Both the position numbers and the translations under genes were made by a program. A DNA stretch of 63,705 nt, filler included, from Polymyxa betae A26-41 (Eukaryota; Protista; Endomyxa: Phytomyxea), in NCBI GenBank assembly GCA_003693705.1. It is 8 parts of 8 records of this genome, joined end to end, with 100 filler letters (N's around TTAATTAATTAA, not from the genome) between each part and the next. Parts side by side here need not be neighbours in the genome. Positions count along the whole stretch, not along the records: positions 39,671 to 49,592 come from RBZT01000162.1; positions 49,693 to 53,496 come from RBZT01000080.1; positions 53,597 to 57,493 come from RBZT01000921.1; 5 more parts are not named here. The stretch is one strand, 5' to 3'. Position 1 is the first letter of the stretch. Every line of letters starts with the position of its first letter. Shown here in pieces: positions 41,491 through 54,392 of the stretch. The notes beneath the pieces are model-generated. The model did no database searches and was not told where the DNA came from. It was given only the letters and a program-made list of their open reading frames with translations.

Positions 41491-42674
41491 AGAAATCCGA
41501 AAACGTCGACCGCAGTTTCACCGACAGGTTTAAAAAAACGCGGTGACCCGCAGTTTGTGCTGGTATCCGCAAACTGGTCCCGGATTTCAAAATTTCGCCG
41601 GCAGTTTTTAAAAAAACTTTATTTCTTGTGTGATTAACGAATATTTGGGACGAGATCGCCCGTGACGACGCTGCTGTAGACGACCGCCTGGACTAAACCA
41701 GAAGCAAAGCGGTCAGCACTGCTCTCCATATGGAGACTGTGGAGGTCCAAGGAACATGACATTCCTGCAGTGACGTCACCAGTATCTGACAGGCAGACGT
41801 AGCCAGAGCAGCTGCTGAAAATGGCTCCCTTCAATGCTGACGCAGCCCGTGGTCCAAAACTGAAGGCGAAGGGAATTTCGATTTCCGGCGTCCGACGCTT
41901 GGGCACCGCCAGAGCTCGAGCTCATTGTTGAGTAACAAGTTCTCCTGACCACCTCGGATAGCGTCAGGTAGCCTGATTCGGCGAGATGGGCACCTAGGAT
42001 GAGTAATACTATCGCCTTCTTAGCGGCCTGTTCATGTAATCTCATTTCAGTAAAATTATGCACTTTCTAGCTTCGCAGTTTATTTTCTCAGAATTTGGCA
42101 GTAAACTGCTCACTGGCAGTTCCTGCGCAGTTTGTTAAAATTCCTTGGATTGCCTGGCTCCCTTGGCCATCAACGGCAGCACTCTGCTTCGTCAATGCGC
42201 TCCTGACCAAGTGCGCTAAATAACTGCCGAAAATTGAGAGTTTGAGTGGTGCTTATTTTTCCAATTGGATCGAGACCAGCTCCAAGAGCCGAACTGTCCG
42301 ATTTAGCTGAAGGAGCCCGGAAACTAAACGAAAAGAGAATGGCTGTCCATCCAGCCAACGGCTTAACTCAGGGCCACATAGCATGAGCTGTGGTCAAAGC
42401 GGGCACAATCGTCGAGCATGCCGCGAAGCACATTTATGAGATACTTTCTGTGAAGGAAATCATAATTAAACGAAAAAATGAAAGTTATAATGTGCGCGAT
42501 ATCTTTGCCATTCTTTTAAGCTGTCCTTATGGTGGCCGGAAGTTACGTTAGTTTAACAAAAGTTACTCTCGGCCTCCAGAATTATCCGTGAAAATTTGCG
42601 CGCTGAGCGTATAGTTTGTGAACTATCAAGATACGTAAACGATACGTTCGATAGTTATAGTATCTTCTGAGTTG

Positions 42675-44728
42675 TACCGCAATTTGCGAAATTTTGTACT
42701 CGATCAAAGTTCCAGATTTGTGACTAAAAGTACAGATTTCCGCAATGAGTGCGTGGCGACTGGTGATGGCGCGTAATTGAAATTACCCTACATTTGTCAT
42801 CCTGAGCTCAACAATGCCTGTGAAGCGTTCGTTCACCAACCAGCAGAAACTCGACATCTTGAATGCGATCGACAACCGGCCTGCTGAAGTGAAACTGACC
42901 GCTGCTTGCGCTCAGCACAGCGTTCAGCCCGGCCAGCTTTAACGATGGCACGCCGCACTCGATAAATTGAAGGCTGCAAGATCTGGCGCGAAAAGCGTTG
43001 CCCCTGGAAAACCATCGGTTTTGGTTTCTAAAGAGGAAAAGATCTTGAAATGGATGTTTGAAAGAAGAGAAAGCGGGTTTGGTACGATTGGAATATAATG
43101 TTTGCTACCTATAAATTCTTTTAATTTTGGTTTATAAAACAGCTGTCAGCGTCAAGCAATTGGACTGCTACATCCGAACAATCGACCGCGATTTTCGTTT
43201 GAAATCAGACCAGGCCAGGGATGCATGCATTCGAAGGTTTGTGAAGGCTCATAGACTTGCTATCCGAGTTGGAACGCATGTTGCGCAGCAAGATCCGTCT
43301 AAAACACGCGAATTGGCTCTTGATTTTCTGAAATCTGTCCGTCCTCAATTGAACGCTTTCGCCGACAAATCGCTGATTCATAACATGGATCAAACCCCTA
43401 TCTTTTTTTCAATGGAGCCCAAGCGCACGCTTGAGCCTGTCGGTTTAAGATCCGTCAACATCCGCACATCGTGCTCTTCCACATTGCGAGTGACGGTTGC
43501 CGTTACCGTATCTGCTGACGGTCAAGTGCTTCCACCATTGATCATATTCAAAGGAGCTCGAAGCGGCAAAATAGCCAAAACCCTGAGCACGTTTCCAGAA
43601 GGCGCCGAGTATCTCTTCCAAGAGAACGCTTGGATGGATGAATCGGCCATGCTGTATTGGGTAGACAAAGTGGGGTTTTTCCTGAACTGCACTGTATCCT
43701 TTTCAGCAAACGTAGTAACATTGCAAGCGTCCAGGTGCTTGATCCATATGTCAAAAGTCGAATCGAAGGAGAAAACCCTAAACGATGTGTAATTTTTTTG
43801 GATTCCAACCGCTGTCATTTGATGTCGACTGTGGTTTCCGCCATTCAGAACTTGGGAGTTGAGGTTTAGCATATTCCCGGTGGTTGCACTGGTCTGGTTC
43901 AACCTGTGGACGTAGGCATCGGAAAGCCTTTGAAAGACCGTGTCCTTTGCTTCTGGGATGAATGGATGGTGCAGCAATTCGATGATGCTGAGGTGGATAA
44001 GCAGAAGATCAACCCTCCATCCTGAGAGCTGTTATCGCAATGGATCGTATCTTCTCTGCGAAGTCTACCTTCTGAAATTGTCCAACACGCATGGCAAAAA
44101 ACTGGATATTCATATTTTAACCAGTCATAAATTTAAAAGGGCAAACCTGTTACAATAATTAATTTTTATTATATCAATGCTGCCCGGCACATTCCCATGT
44201 TCCTTCGGGATTGAGACCGATCAGTTTTCAACTCTGACTCTGACAGCACTTGGGTAATTTGAGCCAGACTCCCATCCAGCTGATTTGACATCTTTTTTTA
44301 ATAATGTCGCGGGAGGAACCCGACCCGGCAGCGATCAACAACATCCGCCACCCAAAAAACAGCAAGGGCGGGTTCCTCTACGTTTCTTTCTACCATTTTG
44401 GTGAAAACATCTCTCTTATTATCAAACAAAAATACATTCGTACAACAATATCCGGTCGTAAAACTGACCCGCAACACGAATGGGCCTCACAGGACCTTCC
44501 TCGATTGGAGGCCTCTGAGCCTACTACCTCCAAAATCTCGCCACTGGGGTGATGGGGTGCTGACATATTGCAATCTATTCACCGATCGACTCGTCTCGAA
44601 GTCCTCTACAAGGCGCGCAGATTTCTGATGCCGTAACGGGCTTTTTCAAATTGTTATTGGTAAAGGTACGACTTTTGGACCAAAAAGTACAAAGTTCCGC
44701 AAGGTACAAAGTCCCGCAAATCACGGTA
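42675..44728 (+). mobile_element. Near full-length pogo-family (DD35D) transposon with TIRs, TA TSD and intron-containing transposase (42814-44130) carrying two nonsense codons
   Basis: TIRs TACCGCAATTTGCGAAATTTTGTAC / rc TACCGTGATTTGCGGGACTTTGTAC (20/25); N-terminal HTH region, NMDQTP, PPLIIFKG, NAWMD, FLDS..H and IPGGCTGLVQPVDVG; introns near 43082-43142 and 43670-43734. Confidence 0.88.
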
Positions 44729-44939
44729 GTCTGTGCATTGTTTCCGCTATGGATCTGTCGCTGGCATCATCGACCGAAGCTATTGGCGTCAAGGCGGTAC
44801 AGCCAGCCATCCGGTCACCGGAGGTTCTCTCAGTGCTTTGGGAGCAGCTACGCTCAACGATTTGATGAGTTTTGTCGCAGTAAAATATGGTTCCTCAATT
44901 GATTCAACGTTCTCATATTCTTGATAGCCCGTAAGAACA

Positions 44940-45990
44940 GGCCGGATCAGTTAGTTCATAAGAAGTTCTGGAAGACTGGACATGTCCTGTCTGAATGTGG
45001 GAAGGCTATATTAGCTCGAACACGTTGATATGTTCTTACAACCACTCTTCCAGAGACCAGTTTTGTTATTCCTATTATGCTTCATGAGATATCGACATTT
45101 GCTCTTATTGATAACGGTGCATCGTCGGTGCATCGTCTTGTTCTCTGGATATCAACTTTGCACGATTGCATTTTATACCATTAGTTCAAAAGGAAACTCA
45201 AGTTGAAGCTAGAGTTATTGATGGACGAGCCTTGGTGTCATGCCCCTAGGCACGATTGCTCTTCGAGATCTAGAGAAGCGCGCCGCACTGCGCGGGCACT
45301 CTAATCAACTCCTTTCTTTCGATCGGTTGTCCTTGTCGTCTCGAGAGTGTCGGGCGCACCCGACCTCGACCCCGTCGCCGCCAAGGTCACCATCCTCATC
45401 ACCGCCTCCGCCTCTGCTTATAACATCGTCTTCGCCTCCACGGCGATCATCGTCTTCCTCTCTGCTTATAACGTCGTCTTAGTCTCCACCGCGTTCGTCG
45501 TCTTCCTCTCAGTTAGTACCATCGTATTCGCCTCAGTTGCTATCGTCTTCCCTCCCTCCGTCACGCTCGTCGTCCTCGCCTCTATTGTTATCGTCGTCTT
45601 CGCCTCCGCTACTATTATCGTCTCCTCCTCAATCACTATCGACGTCTGAGCCCCTAATACTCTCGTTGCCTCCGCCCCCGTCGTTACCATCACCTAAATC
45701 ATCACTGCCCCCACTGTTTTAAGGGTTCCAAAGGCCCAGACAACAACATCGTCCTGTATATTGAAGTTAACGAGGAACCTTCGATCTGAAGCCTTACAAT
45801 TGGAATCACTATTTTTTGAAACAGCTCCTCTTGTGATGTCTTTTATCAACAATCATTTCGAAACAATCTGCTTTAACATTATTCGTTCTCTTCACTTTCC
45901 AGTTGATCTCTGAATGCCGTGTCTCAATTTACATAATCGTAGCATTGATTGGGCCAAGCGATCTATAGCGTTTCCGTCCACTGAAAAGTC
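44940..45990 (+). mobile_element. Ty3/Gypsy aspartic protease remnant interrupted by a solo LTR
   Basis: ALIDNGAS motif; removing 45236-45798 and one TSD restores DGRALESLFFETAPL..FNII..PVDL*MPCLNLHNRSIDW. Confidence 0.8.
45236..45798 (-). mobile_element. Solo LTR (563 bp), copy 1
   Basis: TGTCA...TTACA termini; near-identical 5-bp flanks CTTGG/ATTGG; homologous in inverted orientation to 58799-59308. Confidence 0.85.
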
Positions 45991-46049
45991 AGAGGATCCA
46001 CATCTCATAGTTGCATCTACAGAAGATCATAACGGCAAAAATCCGCTTC

Positions 46050-47010
46050 TTGAAACGAAGTTACACCATCTTCGTTGTGGTCACCGTAATCTTTCTGATA
46101 TTCGCAAAATGTATTCTCAGAGTGTTTTCTCTATGAATGACACAATTCTCCCTTCTCCATTAATGGAACAGCTTAAGTCATTATCACATGATTGCGAAGC
46201 TTGGGCAGTGGGTAAGGCTAAACGTCAAACATTTCCTCAGTTACGTAAACCAAACATTTGTGACGTTTTACATCGAATTTGCTTTGACACAGGTGGGCCT
46301 CTGCCGGACTGCTCTATTGATGGATACAAAATTTTTGTGACATTCCCAGATGATAAGTCGCGATACAAATTCACTTATTTTCTTCGTAAGAAATCCGATG
46401 TTCTTGAAATTTTTAAAGCGTTTAAGCTTTAAACATCAGATCGTGAAACGTGGTTCAAAAAACAATCAAGATTCTGTTTGGGAGATAATACCAGTGCATA
46501 TAGTTCTGATTTTTTTTTTATTTTCCTCGAAAAGAGGGAATAACATGGCAATCCACGTACCGCATTTACCCGAACAAAAGGAATTGCCGAACATGAACAC
46601 TTAACTCTTATGAATTTGAATGCTTATTCATGCTCGTTTTCCTCAACAATTTTGGGGGTTGGCTATTCTAACTGCTACATATCTTCACAATCTATGCCCT
46701 CATCCTACAATCTCAGGGCCTACGCCGCACGAACAACTTTGGGGCATAAAACCAGATGCCAGTTATCTTCGTGTAATCGGAGATGACGCTTTTGCTAAGG
46801 TATATGGCTGTCGTAGGTTGGAACCGAAATCCCAAAAAAACATCTTCGTCGGATACAGCTCTCATCAAAAAGGTTATCTTTTATATCATTCACACACTGG
46901 GGGCACTTCTGTGATCCGGGATGTCATTTTTCTTGAAAACAGTTTTTGCTCTCGTGATCCAGCTGAAGCTTTTGCTGAACCTTCTGAACCTGATCATGTT
47001 TATGACTCGG
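46050..47010 (+). mobile_element. Ty1/Copia GAG-pre-integrase and integrase remnant
   Basis: LHHLRCGH, DTGGPL, FVTFPDDKSRYKFTYFLRKKSDV, FWGLAILTATYLHN and TPHEQLWGIKPD..YLRVIG. Confidence 0.9.
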
Positions 47011-47153
47011 ACTTGTTAAGGAACCTAACAAAAGTTTAGATACAAATACAGAATACGAAGTACAGCAATAAGCAGAAAACTAAGCTAAGAATAACTAAGA
47101 ACAGGAAGAGTGGATCGGAAGTGAACTACGAACAGAAATAGGTCCAGAGAAAC

Positions 47154-49245
47154 TAAGGGTGTCCAAAGTTCGGTTCAAAAAATCGGTTAACCGGTTAACC
47201 GCGCGAACCGGTTAACCAGTTCATGGGTTTTTCCTAACCGATTAACCGATCGGTTAACAGGTTAAAAAATTCATAAACTGCGCATGCGGCATTTCATCGA
47301 TTTCTTTCTCATTCATCTCCTTTCTCTGTGCTTCAATGACCGATTACAGTGGATTTTCTCCCAGTGGTCTCTCGGAATCGGAGCCTGAATCTCAGGTCCG
47401 CGCTGCATCGGCCGTCCAACAGCGCGGCATTGTTGCTGCGTCAGAGGTATCTGGGTCGAATGCTTCTACACACAGCAGCTACACGAAAACAGGTCGTAAA
47501 CGTAAAATTTCCGCATACTCTTCGTGGGTGTGGTCGTATTACAACAGACGAGATGGACGAGTTCTCTGCACTCAATGTACCAAAATCATATATCATATGC
47601 AGCCAGTACCGGTGTTAGCACACTGAAGCGTCATCTGGCCGTTTCACACAAATTGAGCATGACGGAAAAAATGGCGACGAAAACCAATGCATCTTGAACG
47701 CCTCAAGTTGTCGACCCCTTGGAAGTTGACGAAAAACCAAAGCTTCAATTCTGAAACACCTTGTCGGATTCATTGTCGATAACAAGCAGCCTTTTTCGTT
47801 GGTCGAATCAAATGCTTTTGTTGCTTTCTGCAAAGCTTTAAATCAGCATTATTCGCTTCCCAGTCGGAGCACGCTTGTACGCGCGTTACATGAACAATAT
47901 CAGGAATCGTTACTCAAGTTTACCTCGATTATCAACGACATTCCAGGACGCGTAGCTCTGACGCTTGACGGATGGTCATTGAGGGTCATGAGGGGCTACT
48001 TTGTGATTACTCTTCATTGGATTGACGCCGATTGGTGTTTAAAAAATGCTGTTTTGGAATTAAAACATTTTCCTCCTCCTCACAATCAGCATACTACTTC
48101 TGAGCTGATTATCTCCGTTCTTGAAGATTTCAAGCTTCACACTCGTGTCGTTGCTGCCACGTCTGACAGCGGGGGAGAAATGATTCCTGCAATGAAATAT
48201 GTCCGCGCATACTTGAATAATACGTTACAGTTGAATCTGCCTTCATCAGATGAGTTCCATATCCGCTGTATTTGTCACGTAATCAATCGAGCTGTTGTTG
48301 ATGCTACAAAACTGATCAAGCGTGAAATTTCGATGCTAAGAGACCTTCTCAAGGTGATTAGAGCAGCTGGCCTTATGCGTCAAAAATATGCTGAACTCAG
48401 CGTTGTCCTCTGACGACTCTTCATGCAAAATGTGCCAAATATCGATGTCGAAACACGTTGGAACTCAACATTCTTGATGATTGATAATTTCTTTAAAAAT
48501 CGTGATATTCTTGAAGCGGTTTGCAATCAAGCGGAGTTTAAAGAACGGCTTGATTCAATGAAACTGAGTGATTTGGATTGGCGTGTTTTGAAGTCATCAA
48601 AAGATTTCCTGGAATTAGCGTTTCAATGTACAAACGCAGCAAGTGGGAAAAATTATGTCACTCTCGCTATGCAACCTTTGATATATCAGCTTCTTAAAAA
48701 GCTGTCCCTGGAAACCATTGCTGGAACTACATCAACAGGATTTACAACTCCGACAGTCAAGCAAGCTGCTTCATCAATGTTGACCAAGCTTGAGATCAAC
48801 AGAACCTGAATAATGACACCGCCTCTATTGCATTATTTTTAGATCCACGGCAGAGCAGCCAAGTTGCCCCCGTATTGTTTACGGCTGCCAGCGGATCTGA
48901 GGATAATTCTACGGACGAAGTGGAGGACTTCGCGATGATGACGCTGAAACCTGATCGCTCCAGTAAATGTCCCGTAATTTGGTGGAAACAGCAATCCGGA
49001 CGTTTACCCAAGCTGAGCCTTTTAGCTCGGGACGTGCTAATGATACCGGGATCATCGGTCGCATCAGAATCTGCTTTATCTGACAGTGGAGAATTCGTCA
49101 GTGCCGACCGTAACTCACTCTCAGACGAAAATATATCAATCATGATGAAAGTCCGCTCATGGAACCGCCTGCTTGGAAATTTCAAGCTAATAATAAAACG
49201 GAGTTTGATTTGTTTATTTTGGACTTTATTAATTTTAACCGGTTA
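47154..49245 (+). mobile_element. hAT transposon with degraded transposase (47336-~49190)
   Basis: Left end TAAGGGTGTCCAAAG followed by repeated GGTTAACC subterminal motifs; BED finger (WSYY..CTQC..LKRHL..H), LTLDGWS, RCICHVIN, DVETRWNST and dimerisation WWK..LARDVLMIPGSSVASE; frameshifts and stops. Confidence 0.92.
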
Positions 49246-49280
49246 TAATTAATACAATTGAGTTTGATTCGTGTATTTTA

Positions 49281-49592
49281 GAGCGGATTCTTCAGATCGC
49301 GATTTCAGGTTACTACAAAATCGGGCAGCACTTCGGTCAGATCGTAATCAATTCTGTTTTATTTCCAGCTCGAGTCCCAGCTTCATTCAGCTCAGTCCGT
49401 ACGGTGTCCGTACGGACCTCTGGGAGTCGAGCCCAATATTATTAGAGTAGGTCTTCATACTTCATCAATGTTCGCATCTTTAGTACGCATCAGATTTATG
49501 CGTCAGTCTTCGAGTCTTATTGCGGACGCAGTTCCATCAAACTGCGTACGCTATTTTTGGGAAAATCAGAAGTTTTATGTAATTTTTAATAA
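49281..49592. repeat. Hairpin-rich dispersed repeat, copy 1 (copy 2 at 63393-63700)
   Basis: ~300 bp alignable between copies; stems conserved, loops variable; both copies run into contig ends. Confidence 0.8.
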
Positions 49593-49714
49593 NNNNNNNN
49601 NNNNNNNNNNNNNNNNNNNNNNNNNNNNNNNNNNNNTTAATTAATTAANNNNNNNNNNNNNNNNNNNNNNNNNNNNNNNNNNNNNNNNNNNNAAAAAATC
49701 ACGGTAAGCAACCC

Positions 49715-49799
49715 TGACCGGCGGTTATTTTATTTTTATAATGTTTCCTTCTCTCATGTCTTAGAAATCTCTGAGATAAAATAAAATAACCGCCTGTCA
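49715..49799. repeat. 85-bp hairpin / mini inverted-repeat element
   Basis: TGACCGGCGGTTATTTTATTTT versus rc TGACAGGCGGTTATTTTATTTT (21/22). Confidence 0.65.
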
Positions 49800-50391
49800 C
49801 CTGCGAGACTGGGAACTGGAGACCGAGTCAAGACCCACTGTTTTATATGCGGATAATTTGCATTTTATCTGTAGATAAAACACCTTCGGTCCCTCTCTGA
49901 CACAGAATCTGAGAGAGATAAATCTGTTATTCAGCGTGTTAATACACTCCATTAAATCCACAACTTGACTCAGCTCTGATTTATGAGTGTGTTTGTCAAT
50001 GGCTCTGTTTTTTGCTTCCTGATGCATCGCCATCGGTATGGATGAGGCGGATGAATGGCTGTTGAAAATCCGTATACGACTAAAAAGCACCGGTCTCAAT
50101 TTGTATGGGGACCGGGTCCGAGACCCATATTAATCCAGGCTCTTTATCTGTTAAAATAATTTCTAATAACTAACTCGGTAACTATCACTACTCCTCTACG
50201 AAGATTGCGCCTAATTTATACTTCGTGGATGTTGTAATCCTGGAATAATTTCCTAACATAAGGATAGTCAGACATGGACATTGTCAATTCTTCTGCGAGC
50301 AATACTTTTATTACTGTAGTGCCAAGGTGACAAAACAGTTCGCACTTTCTGAGCAATATGAGGCGTTTAGAGGATGAGCTATTATATATAA

Positions 50392-52279
50392 TTAAGGATG
50401 CTCTTCCAACAACTTGATTCCCAATACAAACTGTTCAACATTGTCCAGGACCTTTAAATCGCGGGGCAGCCGTTTATAAGCAGCTTCATTAAGTGCCTTC
50501 AGTTCATATTCATTGTCTTCAGTGACCCTAAAAGTTTTTTTGGTGAATTTTTGCTGTTCAAATTCCGGTTCGACGAAAAATGGAACGACAAATATTAGTC
50601 GAACTGGTTTCGAACCTATGTTCAAATCTGTTCGTGAAGAAATAGAGGAAATTAATTTCAGCATTTCTCTGCCATTTACGGGGTGTTTCTTGGAAACAGT
50701 GATTTGGAAAACAAGTAATTGATCGTCGTAGATTGCGAATGAATCTCCTGCACCAAGATTGCCTACTGACGGTACATAATAGTAGTCTGAACGAATATTC
50801 TCAAGGCATAAGATGTTGGGAAAGATGACCGTTTGGTAGTTCTGCAGACGGAATGGCACCCGAACTGATCGGTCTTTCAAATTGATGATCTCACTAGATA
50901 TGGTCAAAAGAGCGTCATGTAGCAGAGGTTCAAAGAGTAGGCCACATGATGCGGAGAACTGAGGAAAGCGAGATGCACTTTGAATAAACTCCTTAACTTT
51001 CGCAACTAGAGATAATCGATGTCGCTGGCTGACCTCGTTCAGAACAAAGCGCGAAGCCCATTGCATTGCCGATCGTTTGAATTCAGAATCCGGAACCAAA
51101 TGTAACAGCAGACTGCTGATTTTGAAGATGTCCTTGTCAACATGTTCATTCATGAAGGCCCTTGTGATGTCATCAAAATTTCCACTGAACATGCGAATCA
51201 CGGATTGTAAAAATGATAATTCTTCTTCGATAGGTCTTTTTGATAATATATAACGTGGAACACCTCCATAATGTTCGAACAAACGGATCAAATCGTGGTC
51301 GTTACGAAATTGGAGGTGACTATTGGCTTCTTGAAGTTCCTCAAAAGACCATGGAGGCATTGTTAGAACAGTCGTAGTGTTTCTAGCCTTAATGAACTCC
51401 TTATAAACTTTGAAACGCGGAGAAATTACAAAAATTGTGAAGCAGTTCGCGCACAATATTGGCTGGACTCCATCGACGACATATAGAATATCATGACAGA
51501 GTACCCCGACACTGGCATCGTCATCAGCGATAAATGACACTTGACCGTCTTGAATCAGAAACTTGTAATTTTTGTTGTGATAAACGATGACTGAATACTT
51601 GGGACACAAGCGAAGAAGACAATAGGCTATGAAAATAGATTTGCCTATCCCTGGGGTTCCTGTGACAACGAATCTATAATCGCCGCCACGTTGTTTCGAG
51701 CTTTCCATAATATTGAGCAAGTCATTGTAACAGTTACGAACAAAAACTGTTTTGCCAAACTGATCTTCACCGAGAATATCAGTATGAAACCGAAGGATAC
51801 GACTAATTGGATGAACAGTAGAGAATATCTCTGAAAGAAACTTCTGGAACTCCGCTAATCCATCAAAGGCAAGTTTAGGACGCGTAGGTACGGGCGTCGC
51901 TGTAGTAAAATATATCAATATAAGCACAGAATATGAAATAATAATGAACACAATGATTATATTAACATGATTCGTATCAAATGATAATCACAATTAAATC
52001 AAGTGGATATCATCAATATAACATTGATGAACAGAAATTTTAAGTAAACCTTTTGTGAAACATACTGGCAAACGTACCAGATTGTGCAGGGGCGCTGGCG
52101 GAGGGTTGGCACGCCTGTAGAGCGGCGAGAGCGCGGTCGGCCTGTTCGTTGGCGAGGGTGGCGGCTTCATGCAGGCGTGCTAGATTAGGAGCATCGGGGG
52201 AGGCGTTAAGATAAGCATCCACCGCAGCCTTGGCATCGGCTTCTCGTTGCTTGAAGAGGTCCACTAACGACGACGACAT
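50392..52279 (-). CDS. Crinkler/RHS-type P-loop NTPase + restriction-endonuclease-fold protein, 569 aa, 2 exons (52078-52279, 50392-51899)
   Basis: FVRNCY, Walker A GTPGIGKS, YVVDG, MPPWSFEEL, GGVPRYIL, GLLFE, YYVP..N..GDSF and FQITVSKKHPV; 178-nt phase-1 GT-AG intron (51900-52077) joins an Ala-rich exon in frame. Confidence 0.85.
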
Positions 52280-53596
52280 TTGAATAATGGCCAAAGCCCT
52301 GTGAGCTACATTAACCGTCGACGGGTATCCGTCGCCACTATAGTTATAGAGAAATTTGCGTGACTGGAAAATGGGCTGCGCCCTCTATAGAGACACATCC
52401 GTCACATCGGCGAGACGGCGTCTATAGTGGCTGCCTGTCTGAGTGGCTGGTATTTTTTTGGGGCTTTGTAGGGGGCAAATCTTTCTGTCTGTTGACAGAT
52501 AAGACACCAACAGCTGCTGCCCGTCACTAGCCGTCGCCGACTTATAGCGCGATTTGCAAACGCCTTCTAATACAGATACCGGTAAGCCCCTATCGATCGA
52601 CCCATTTTGTTTCGTCGAGCTATGATAGCAATGAACCAGCTGATTGCGAGCGCTAGTGTCACTACCGGAGACCATCAATGAAGCCCGGCTAACTCATTCA
52701 GCCTGCCAATGATTTGGCTGTTGTTTTGGCCCCTAGCAAAAGCAGCAGAAAGCGTGGCAGACCACTTCTGCTCTTGCGAATTTTGTAATGCAATAAACGC
52801 CGGCCGTCATTGCTCCGCCTGCCTATACTTTGATGATGTAGAGTCAAGCGGCGGACATAGAAGCGGCAGAAAGTGCCCGAACATAGAGAGGTTTAAAGCG
52901 GCAATCGCTGGAAAGCGTCCTGAAATAGCTCTCACTAGTTGATTACAGAAAGTGTTACATAAACCACATCAGTACTACTCAGCGCGCGATGTTAACATTT
53001 GGCGATATTCTGTCCTCTCTCTATAACAACACTCTTTATAATGACATCTCCATAGAAGCCCGATAATGTTACTTGTACGGATATTGTTATATAGAATCTC
53101 TACAACGACATCTATGACATGGCGGCGCGGCCCATCTCTGTCAGATGCGATTCTTATTTGGCGCTGTTTGATTTTCATCTCGATCCTTAACAATACAAAC
53201 TTGGTTTTCTACCTTTGCCTCATCACTCATAGACTATCCAGCTGTGGGAGGAGTAGCATTGCGTCTGGCTCTCAGACCCGATATCACATGATCACTACCA
53301 CTTCGAGAAAGAGAGGGCCGTTCGGGATAGCCCAGAAACAGCTGATTTGCCTAGTATACAATGATAACATTACAGAGAAAAAATTAGAATCGATGAGCTG
53401 GGTTCTGAAAGATTGGGTCTGCCGCTCGTCTATTCCTGGCATTATAAAGGACCTCAGGAAGTACGAGAATCAAGTTAGGGTTTAGGAGCTTATAAANNNN
53501 NNNNNNNNNNNNNNNNNNNNNNNNNNNNNNNNNNNNNNNNTTAATTAATTAANNNNNNNNNNNNNNNNNNNNNNNNNNNNNNNNNNNNNNNNNNNN

Positions 53597-54392
53597 ATAG
53601 AAGGTTCTGGATCTCTGGTGTTAGGCCTCTTAAGAATGAATGGCGCGCGGCGACATCGTTGTAGCCCACGTCAGCAACCAGCTGCTGGAACTGGCAAGCG
53701 TATTCCATAACGCTTCGGCTTCCTTGACTGACGCGATCTAACTGATCGGCCGCATTTGCCGCCCGGTTTGGGTCATCGAATCGAGCGCGAAACAGTGTAA
53801 CGAAGTTCGCGAAGTTGAGCACAACCTGTGGGTCCTGAGCCTCAAAGTAGGGATTAAACCATTCACGTGCAGCTCCTGTCAGCAGACTGCCGACTAGCAA
53901 TACTCTTGACTGATCAGATGCATATGTAATCGGCTGTTGCTGAATCACCATCATAACCTGGTTAATAAATCCTCGAACGGACTCGGCTTTGAGGTCGAAC
54001 GGGTCGGGTAGACGGGCCTTGGCTTCGCTTGACGAATTGTCAGTAGCGGGTGCCGTCGATCGCGTTACAATGTGTTCCATCAATTGCTGTTGCTGCAGGA
54101 GAATCTGTCGCAAATCAGTGGTGAACGCTGGTAAGTCGCCATCTGGCAGCGGGGCTAGGGCTGGGTCAGGAGGTACTTTCTGGGACATGGGCAGGGGAGA
54201 TCTGTTTCGTCTGTTAAAGACAGAAACAGGTAGCTATAGCAATGGAATCAGAGGAACAGGGTTAGCAGGAGCTGACGACGAGAAGACAAGAGACTAGGGA
54301 CGTGATTGGTACACTCACGAAACAGATCTGGCGATCTGGCCGTGGAAGACGTGTTTATGTTGGATCAATAAGTCCGTGAACTTTGCGCGTCA
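53597..54392 (-). mobile_element. Ty3/Gypsy 5' end: LTR (~54212-54392), PBS and gag (from 54188, truncated by spacer)
   Basis: Gag LPDPFD, SLLTGAAREWF, QGSRSVMEY..F and FLRGL; LTR ends ..TAACA, followed by a 13-nt PBS complementary to 54317-54329. Confidence 0.88.

Noticed and set aside
45240-45722. Ser/Pro-rich and hydrophobic ORFs (also 58828-59364) resembling mucin or membrane proteins
   Set aside because: They lie inside TSD-flanked solo LTRs; low-complexity by-products
47014-47153. A-rich segment starting TGTTAAG, possibly a reverse-oriented LTR cut by the hAT element
   Set aside because: Second end and TSD not found
51900-51951. Signal-peptide-like start MFIIISYSVLILIYFTT of the 519-aa ORF
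   Set aside because: Falls in an AT-rich intron ending CTACAG; an upstream exon splices in phase
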